Shown here one piece after another: positions 54,601 through 64,000 of a DNA stretch of 64,000 bases. How positions within the stretch are numbered: position 1 is the first letter of the stretch; the number at the start of each line of letters is the position of its first letter. Made by a program: the position numbers and the translations under genes. The notes beneath the pieces are model-generated. The model saw only the letters and a program-made list of their open reading frames with translations. It was not told the origin of the DNA and did no database searches. The DNA comes from Eledone cirrhosa. Lineage: Eukaryota. Where the stretch lies: assembly GCA_964016885.1 (NCBI GenBank), contig OZ024742.1, positions 18,352,001-18,416,000 on the forward strand. The letters run 5' to 3'.

Positions 54601-57600
54601 TACGTCTCTTGACAGTAGAGACGAAGGGTTGCGACTTACTACGTTTCTTGACAGTAGAGACGAAGGGTTGCGACTTACTACGTCTCTTGACAGTAGAGAC
54701 GAAGGGTTGCGACTTACTACGTCTCTTGTCAATGGAGACGAAGGGTTGCGACTTACTACGTCTCTTGACAATAGAGACGAAGGGTTACGACTTACTACGT
54801 CTCTTGACAATAGGGACGAAGGGTTGCGACTTACTATGTCTCTTGACAGTAGAGACGAAGGGTTACGACTTACTACGTCTCTTGACAATAGAGACGAAGT
54901 GTTGCGACTTACTACGTCTCTTGACAGTAGAGACGAAGGGTTGCGACCTACTACGTCTCTTGACAATAGAGACGAAGGGTTGCGACTTACTACGTCTCTT
55001 GTCAATGGAGACGAAGGGTTGCGACTTACTACGTCTCTTGACAATAGAGACGAAGGGTTACGACTTACTACGTCTATTGACAATAGAGACGAAGGGTTGC
55101 GACTTACTACGTCTCTTGACAGTAGAGACGAAGGGTTGCGACTTACTACGTCTCTTGACAATAGAGACGAAAGGTTGCGACTTACTACGTCTCTTGACAG
55201 TAGAGACGAAGGGTTACGACTTACTACGTCTCTTGACAGTAGAGACGAAGGGTTACGACTTACTACGTCTCTTGACAGTAGAGACGAAGGGTTGCGACTT
55301 ACTACGTCTCTTGACAATAGAGACGAAGGGTTGCGACTTACTACGTCTCTTGACAATAGAGACGAAGGGTTGCGACTTACTACGTCTCTTGACAGTAGAG
55401 ACGAAGGGTTGCGACTTACTATGTCTCTTGACAGTAGAGACGAAGGGTTACGACTTACTACGTCTCTTGACAATAGAGACGAAGGGTTGCGACCTACTAC
55501 GTCTCTTGACAATAGAGACGAAAGGTTGCGACTTACTACGTCTCTTGACAATGGAGACGAAGGGTTGCGACTTACTACGTCTCTTGTAATGGAGACGAAG
55601 GGTTGCGACTTACTACGTCTCTTGACAATGGAGACGAAGGGTTACGACTTAACTACGTCTTTTGACAGTAGAGACGAAGGGTTGCGACTTACTACGTCTC
55701 TTGACAATAGAGACGAAGGGTTGCGACTTACTACGTCTCTTGACAGTGGAGACGAAGGCTTACGACTTACTACGTCTCTTGACAGTAGAGCCGAAGGGTT
55801 GCGACTTACTACGTCTCTTGACAGTAGAGACGAAGTGTTGCGACTTACTACGTCTCTTGACAATAGAGACGAAGGGTTACGACTTACTACGTCTCTTGAC
55901 AATAGAGACGAAAGTTTACGACTTACTACGTCTCTTGACAGTAGAGCCGAAGGGTTGCGACTTACTACGTCTCTTGACAATAGAGACGAAGGGTTGCGAC
56001 CTACTACGTCTCTTGACAATAGAGACGAAGGGTTGCGACTTACTACGTCTCTTTGACAATAGAGACGAAGGGTTGCGACTTACTACGTCTCTTGACAATA
56101 GAGACGAAGGGTTGCGACTTACTACGTCTCTTGACAGTAGAGACGAAGGGTTGCGACTTACTACGTCTCTTGACAGTAGAGACGAAGGGTTACGACTTAC
56201 TACGTCTTTTGACAGTAGAGACGAAGGGTTGCGACTTACTACGTCTCTTGACAGTAGAGACGAAGGGTTACGACTTACTACGTCTCTTGACAATGGAGAC
56301 GAAGGGTTGCTACTTACTACGTCTCTTGACAATAGAGACGAACGGTTGCGACTTACTACTTCTCTTGACAATAGAGACGAAGGGTTACGACTTACTACGT
56401 CTCTTGACAGTAGAGACGAAGGGTTACGACTTACTACATCTCTTGACAATAGAGACGAAGGGTTGCGACTTACTACGTCTCTTGACAGTAGAGACGAAGG
56501 GTTGCGACTTACTACGTTTCTTGACAATAGAGACGAAGGGTTGCGACATACTACGTCTCTTGACAGTAGAGACGAAGGGTTGCGACTTACTACGTCTCTT
56601 GACAGTAGAGACGAAGGGTTACGACTTACTACGTCTCTTGACAATAGAGACGAAGGGTTGCGACCTACTACGTCTCTTGACAATAGAGACGAAGGGTTGC
56701 GACTTACTACGTCTCTTGACAATAGAGACGAAGGGTTGCGACTTACTACGTCTCTTGACAATGGAGACGAATGGTTACGACTTACTACGTCTCTTGACAA
56801 TAGAGACGAAGGGTTGCGACTTACTACGTCTCTTGACAATGGAGACGAAGGGTTACGACTTACTACGTCTCTTGACAATAGAGACGAAGGGTTACGACTT
56901 ACTACGTCTCTTGACAATAGAGACGAAGGGTTACGACTTACTACGTCTCTTGACAATGGAGACGAAGGGTTGCGACCTACTACGTCTCTTGACAATAGCG
57001 ACGAAGGGTTGCGACTTACTACGTCTCTTGACAATGGAGACGAAGGGTTGCGACTTACTACGTCTCTTGTAATGGAGACGAAGGGTTGCGACTTACTACG
57101 TCTCTTGACAATGGAGACGAAGGGTTACGACTTACTACGTCTCTTGACAATAGAGACGAAGGGTTACGACTTACTACGTCTCTTGACAATAGAGACGAAG
57201 GGTTGCGACTTACTACGTCTCTTGACAATAGAGACGAAGGGTTACGACTTACTACGTCTCTTGACAATAGAGACGAAGGGTTACGACTTACTACGTCTCT
57301 TGTCAATGGAGACGAAGGGTTGCAACTTACTACGTCTCTTGACAGTAGAGACGAAGGGTTACGACTTACTACGTCTCTTGACAGTAGAGACGAAGGGTTA
57401 CGACTTACTACGTCTCTTGACAGTAGAGACGAAGGGTTGCGACTTACTACGTCTCTTGGCAATAGAGACGAAGGGTTGCGACTTACTACGTCTCTTGACA
57501 GTAGAGACGAAGGGTTACGACTTACTACGTCTCTTGACAGTAGAGACGAAGGGTTGCGACTTACTACGTCTCTTGACAGTAGAGACGAAGGGTTGCGACT

Positions 57601-58389
57601 TACTACGTCTCTTGACAGTAGAGACGAAGGGTTGCGACTTACTACGTCTCTTGACAATAGAGACGAAGGGTTGCGACTTACTACGTCTCTTGACAGTAGA
57701 GACGAAGGGTTACGACTTACTACGTCTCTTGACAGTAGAGACGAAGGGTTACGACTTACTACGTCTCTTGACAGTAGAGACGAAGGGTTGCGACTTAATA
57801 CGTCTCTTGACAATAGAGACGAAGGGTTGCGACCTACTACGTCTCTTGACAATAGAGACGAAGGGTTACGACTTACTACGTCTCTTGACAGTAGAGACGA
57901 AGGGTTACGACTTACTACGTCTCTTGACAATAGAGACGAAGGGTTACGACTTACTACGTCTCTTGACAATAGAGACGAAAGTTTACGACTTACTACGTCT
58001 CTTGACAGTAGAGCCGAAGGGTTGCCACTTACTACGTCTCTTGACAATAGAGACGAAGGGTTGCGACCTACTACGTCTCTTGACAATAGAGACGAAGGGT
58101 TGCGACTTACTACGTCTCTTGACAATAGAGACGAAGGGTTGCGACTTACTACGTCTCTTGACAATAGAGTCGAATAGTTACGACTTACTACGTCTCTTGA
58201 CAGTAGAGACGAAGGGTTACGACTTACTACGTCTCTTGACAGTAGAGACGAAGGGTTACGACTTACTACGTCTCTTGACAATAGAGACGAAGGGTTGCGA
58301 CCTACTACGTCTCTTGACAATAGAGACGAAGGGTTGCGACTTACTACGTCTCTTGACAGTAGAGACGAAGGGTTACGACTTACTACGTC

Positions 58390-59230
58390 TCTTTACAATA
58401 GAGACGAAGGGTTACGACTTACTACGTCTCTTGACAATAGAGACGAAGGGTTGCGACTTACTACGTCTCTTGACAATGGAGACGAAGGGTTACGACTTAC
58501 TACGTCTCTTGACAATAGAGACGAAGGGTTACGACTTACTACGTCTCTTGACAACAGAGACGAAGGGTTACGACTTTCTAAGTCTCTTGACAATGGAGAC
58601 GAAGGGTTGCGACCTACTACGTCTCTTGACAATAGAGACGAAGGGTTGCGACTTACCACGTCTCTTGACAATGGAGACGAAGGGTTGCGACTTACTACGT
58701 CTCTTGTAATGGAGACGAAGGGTTGCGACTTACTACGTCTCTTGACAATGGAGACGAAGGGTTACGACTTACTACGTCTCTTGACAATAGAGACGAAGGG
58801 TTGCGACTTACTACGTCTCTTGACAATAGAGACGAAGGGTTACGACTTACTACGTCTCTTTACAATAGAGACGAAGGGTTACGACTTACTACGTCTCTTG
58901 ACAATAGAGACGAAGGGTTGCGACTTACTACGTCTCTTGACAATGGAGACGAAGGGTTACGACTTACTACGTCTCTTGACAATAGAGACGAAGGGTTACG
59001 ACTTACTACGTCTCTTGACAACAGAGACGAAGGGTTACGACTTTCTAAGTCTCTTGACAATGGAGACGAAGGGTTGCGACCTACTACGTCTCTTGACAAT
59101 AGAGACGAAGGGTTGCGACTTACCACGTCTCTTGACAATGGAGACGAAGGGTTGCGACTTACTACGTCTCTTGTAATGGAGACGAAGGGTTGCGACTTAC
59201 TATGTCTCTTGACAATGGAGACGAAGGGTT
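58390..59230. repeat. 12-unit (467-bp) tandem duplication containing a 38-bp unit; related third copy at about 63050-63600
   Basis: ORFs 58393/58860 are offset 467 = 12x39-1, with shared CAACAGAG, CTTTCTAAG and ACCACG markers. GAGTCGAATAG at 58169 and 63116 is offset 4947 = 127x39-6, matching six intervening deletions. Confidence 0.88.
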
Positions 59231-62200
59231 ACGACTTACTACGTCTCTTGACAATAGAGACGAAGGGTTGCGACTTACTACGTCTCTTGACAATAGAGAC
59301 GAAGGGTTACGACTTTCTACGTCTCTTGACAATAGAGACGAAGGGTTACGACTTACTACGTCTCTTGACAATAGAGACGAAGGGTTGCGACTTACTACGT
59401 CTCTTGACAATAGAATCGAAGGGTTACGACTTACTACGTCTCTTGACAATAGAGACGAAGGGTTACGACTTACTACGTCTCTTGACAGTAGAGCCGAAGG
59501 GTTGCGACTTACTACGTCTCTTGACAGTAGAGACGAAGGGTTCGAACTTACTACGTCTCTTGACAATAGAGACGAAGGGTTACGACTTACTACGTCTCTT
59601 GACAATAGAGACGAAAGGTTACGACTTACTACGTCTCTTGACAGTAGAGACGAAGGGTTACGACTTACTACGTCTCTTGACAGTAGAGACGAAGGGTTGC
59701 GACTTACTACGTCTCTTAACAGTAGAGACGAAGGGTTGCGACTTACTACGTCTCTTGACAATAGAGACGAAGGGTTGCGACTTACTACGTCTCTTGACAG
59801 TAGAGACGAAGGGTTACGACTTACAACGTCTCTTGACAGTAGAGACGAAGGGTTGCGACTTACTACGTCTCTTGACAGTAGAGACGAAGGGTTACGACTT
59901 ACTACGTCTCTTGACAGTAGAGACGAAGGGTTGCGACTTACTACGTCTCTTGACAGTAGAGACGAAGGGTTGCGACTTACTACATCTCTTGACAGTAGAG
60001 ACGAAGTGTTGCGACTTACTACGTCTTTTGACAGTAGAGACGAATGGTTGCGACTTACTACGTCTCTTGTCAATGGAGACGAAGGGTTACGACTTACTAC
60101 GTCTCTTGACAATAGAGACGAAGGGTTGTGACTTACTACGTCTCTTGACAATAGAGACGAAGGGTTGTGACTTACTACGTCTCTTGACAATAGAGACGAA
60201 GGGTTGTGACTTACTACGTCTCTTGACAGTAGAGACGAAGGGTTGCGACTTACTACGTCTTTTGACAGTAGTGACGAAGGGTTGCGACTTACTACGTCTC
60301 TTGACAATAGAGACGAAGGGTTGCGACTTACTACGTCTCTTGACAGTAGAGACGAAGGGTTGCGACTTACTACGTCTCTTGACAGTAGAGACGAAGGGTT
60401 ACGACTTACTACGTCTCTTGACAATAGAGACGAAGGGTGGCGACCTACTACGTCTCTTGACAATAGAGACGAAGGGTTGCGACTTACTACGTCTCCTGAC
60501 AATGGAGACGAAGGGTTGCGACTTACTACGTCTCTTGTAATGGAGACGAAGGGTTGCGACTTACTACGTCTCTTGACAATGGAGACGAAGGGTTACGACT
60601 TACTACGTCTTTTGACAGTAGAGACGAAGGGTTGCGACTTACTACGTCTCTTGACAATAGAGACGAAGGTTGCGACTTACTACGTCTCTTGACAGTAGAG
60701 ACGAACGGTTGCGACTTACTACGTCTCTTGACAATAGAGACGAAGGGTTACGACTTACTACGTCTCTTGACAGTAGAGCCGAAGGGTTGCGACTTACTAC
60801 GTCTCTTGACAGTAGAGACGAAGGGTTCGAACTTACTACGTCTCTTGACAATAGAGACGAAGGGTTACGACTTACTACGTCTCTTGACAATAGAGACGAA
60901 AGGTTACGACTTACTACGTCTCTTGACAATAGAGACGAAGGTTTACGACTTACTACGTCTCTTGACAGTAGAGCCGAAGGGTTGCGACTTACTACGTCTC
61001 TTGACAATAGAGACGAAGGGTTGCGACTTACTACGTCTCTTGACAGTAGAGACGAAGGGTTACGACTTACTACGTCTCTTGACAATATAGACGAAGGGTT
61101 GCGACCTACTACGTCTCTTGACAATAGAGACGAAAGGTTGCGACTTACTACGTCTCTTGACAATGGAGACGAATGGTTGCGACTTACTACGTCTCTTGTA
61201 ATGGAGACGAAGGGTTGCGACTTACTACGTCTCTTGACAATGGAGACGAAGGGTTACGACTTACTACGTCTCTTGACAATAGAGACGAAGGGTTGCGACT
61301 TACTACGTCTCTTGACAATAGAGACGAAGGGTTGCGACTTACTACGTCTCTTGACAATAGAGACGAAGGGTTGCGACTTACTACGTCTCTTGACAATAGA
61401 GACGAAGGGTTGCGACTTACTACGTCTCTTGACAGTAGAGACGAAGGGTTACGACTTACTACGTCTCTTGACAATAGAGACGAAGGGTTGCGACTTACTA
61501 CGTCTCTTGACAATAGAGACGAAGGGTTGCGACTTACTACGTCTCTTGACAATAGAGACGAAGGGTTGCGACTTACTACGTCTCTTGACAGTAGAGACGA
61601 AGGGTTACGACTTACTACGTCTCTTGACAATAGAGACGAAGGTTTGCGACCTACTACGTCTCTTGACAATAGAGACGAAGGGTTGCGACTTACTACGTCT
61701 CTTGACAATAGAGACGAAGGGTTGCGACTTACTACGTCTCTTGACAATGGAGACGAAGGGTCACGACTTACTACGTCTCTTGACAATAGAGACGAAGGGT
61801 TGCGACTTACTACGTCTCTTGACAATGGAGACGAAGGGTTACGACTTACTACGTCTCTTGACAATAGAGAGGAAGGGTTACGACTTACTACGTCTCTTGA
61901 CAATGGAGACGAAGGGTTGCGACCTACTACGTCTCTTGACAATAGAGATGAAGGGTTGCGACTTACTACGTCTCTTGACAATGGAGACGAAGGGTTGCGA
62001 CTTACTACGTCTCTTGTAATGGAGACGAAGTGTTGCGACTTACTACGTCTCTTGACAATGGAGACGAAGGGTTACGACTTACTACGTCTCTTGACAATAG
62101 AGACGAAGGGTTGCGACTAACTACGTCTCTTGACAGTAGAGACGAAGGGTTACGACTTACTACGTCTCTTGACAGTAGAGACGAAGGGTTACGACTTACT

Positions 62201-64000
62201 ACGTCTCTTGACAGTAGAGACGAAGGGTTGCGACTTACTACGTCTCTTGACAATAGAGACGAAGGGTTGCGACTTACTACGTCTCTTGACAGTAGAGACG
62301 AAGGGTTACGACTTACTACGTCTCTTGACAGTAGAGACGAAGGGTTACGACTTACTACGTCTCTTGACAATAGAGACGAAGGGTTGCGACCTACTACGTC
62401 TCTTGACAATAGAGACGAAGGGTTACGACTTACTACGTCTCTTGACAGTAGAGACGAAGGGTTACGACTTACTACGTCTCTTTACAATAGAGACGAAGGG
62501 TTACGACTTACTACGTCTCTTGTCAGTAGAGACGAAGGGTTGTGACTTACTACGTCTCTTGACAGTAGAGACGAAGGGTTGCGACTTACTACGTCTTTTG
62601 ACAGTAGTGACGAAGGGTTGCGACTTACTACGTCTCTTGACAATAGAGACGAAGGGTTGCGACTTACTACGTCTCTTGACAGTAGAGACGAAGGGTTACG
62701 ACTTACTACGTCTCTTGACAGTAGAGACGAAGGGTTACGACTTACTACGTCTCTTGACAATAGAGACGAAGGGTTGCGACCTACTACGTCTCTTGACAAT
62801 AGAGACGAAGGGTTACGACTTACTACGTCTCTTGACAGTAGAGACGAAGGGTTACGACTTACTACGTCTCTTTACAATAGAGACGAAGGGTTACGACTTA
62901 CTACGTCTCTTGACAGTAGAGACGAAGGGTTACGACTTACTACGTCTCTTGACAGTAGAGACGAAGGGTTGCGACTTACTACGTCTCTTGACAATAGAGA
63001 CGAAGGGTTGCGACTTACTACGTCTCTTGACAGTAGAGACGAAGGGTTACGACTTACTACGTCTCTTGACAGTAGAGACGAAGGGTTGCGACTTACTACG
63101 TCTCTTGACAATAGAGTCGAATAGTTACGACTTACTACGTCTCTTGACAGTAGAGACGAAGGGTTACGACTTACTACGTCTCTTGACAGTAGAGACGAAG
63201 GGTTACGACTTACTACGTCTCTTGACAATAGAGACGAAGGGTTGCGACCTACTACGTCTCTTGACAATAGAGACGAAGGGTTGCGACTTACTACGTCTCT
63301 TGACAGTAGAGACGAAGGGTTACGACTTACTACGTCTCTTTACAATAGAGACGAAGGGTTACGACTTACTACGTCTCTTGACAATAGAGACGAAGGGGTG
63401 CGACTTACTACGTCTCTTGACAATGGAGACGAAGGGTTACGACTTACTACGTCTCTTGACAATAGAGACGAAGGGTTACGACTTACTACGTCTCTTGACA
63501 ACAGAGACGAAGGGTTACGACTTTCTAAGTCTCTTGACAATGGAGACGAAGGGTTGCGACCTACTACGTCTCTTGACAATAGAGACGAAGGGTTACGACT
63601 TACTACGTCTATTGACAATAGAGACGAAGGGTTGCGACTTACTACGTCTCTTGACAGTAGAGACGAAGGGTTGCGATTTACTACGTCTCTTGACAATAGA
63701 GACGAAAGGTTGCGACTTACTACGTCTCTTGACAGTAGAGACGAAGGGTTACGACTTACTACGTCTCTTGACAGTAGAGACGAAGGGTTACGACTTACTA
63801 CGTCTCTTGACAGTAGAGACGAAGGGTTGCGACTTACTACGTCTCTTGACAATAGAGACGAAGGGTTGCGACTTACTACGTCTCTTGACAATAGAGACGA
63901 AGGGTTGCGACTTACTACGTCTCTTGACAGTAGAGACGAAGGGTTGCGACTTACTATGTCTCTTGACAGTAGAGACGAAGGGTTACGACTTACTACGTCT

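Larger units (their letters stand above)
1..64000. repeat. 39-bp tandem repeat (satellite) array, about 1641.5 units, single orientation, open at both window ends
   Basis: Unit 1 (1-39) is GGGTTGCGACTTACTACGTCTCTTGACAGTAGAGACGAA and recurs every 39 nt to the end. Most units differ from consensus at 0-2 positions. The last unit starts at 63980 = 1 + 39x1641 - 20, matching the net -20 from the indels seen. Confidence 0.99.

Noticed and set aside
1-64000. CRISPR array
   Set aside because: Units abut directly with no unique spacers, leader or cas genes.
1-64000. Rolling-circle, amplification or sequencing artefact
   Set aside because: Rare variants and indels recur in the same order at exact multiples of 39 over several different periods, which random error or copying of one circle would not produce. 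Copy numbers of near-identical blocks could still be misassembled.

Overview
The whole 64,000-bp window is one uninterrupted head-to-tail tandem array of a 39-bp unit, consensus GGGTT(G/A)CGACTTACTACGTCTCTTGACA(G/A)TAGAGACGAA (about 44-49% GC). The array runs off both edges. By my count there are 1641 full units plus 21 nt, and the 22 one-base deletions and 2 one-base insertions I found account exactly for the phase of the last unit at 63980. I see no unique sequence, spacers, inversions, RNA genes or mobile-element genes. All ORFs in the track are translations of the 39-bp (13-codon) unit and are not called as genes. Each unit holds a 7-bp inverted repeat (CGTCTCT-N7-AGAGACG). Two common biallelic sites and many rare variants reveal nested higher-order repeats (2, 6, 7, 12, 39, 54, 69, 71, 105/106 and 207 units) and regional subfamilies. 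This best fits a satellite/minisatellite array, probably eukaryotic (inference). I do not recognise the family or host, and no function can be shown from this window alone. Block boundaries are approximate; marker positions were read by eye.
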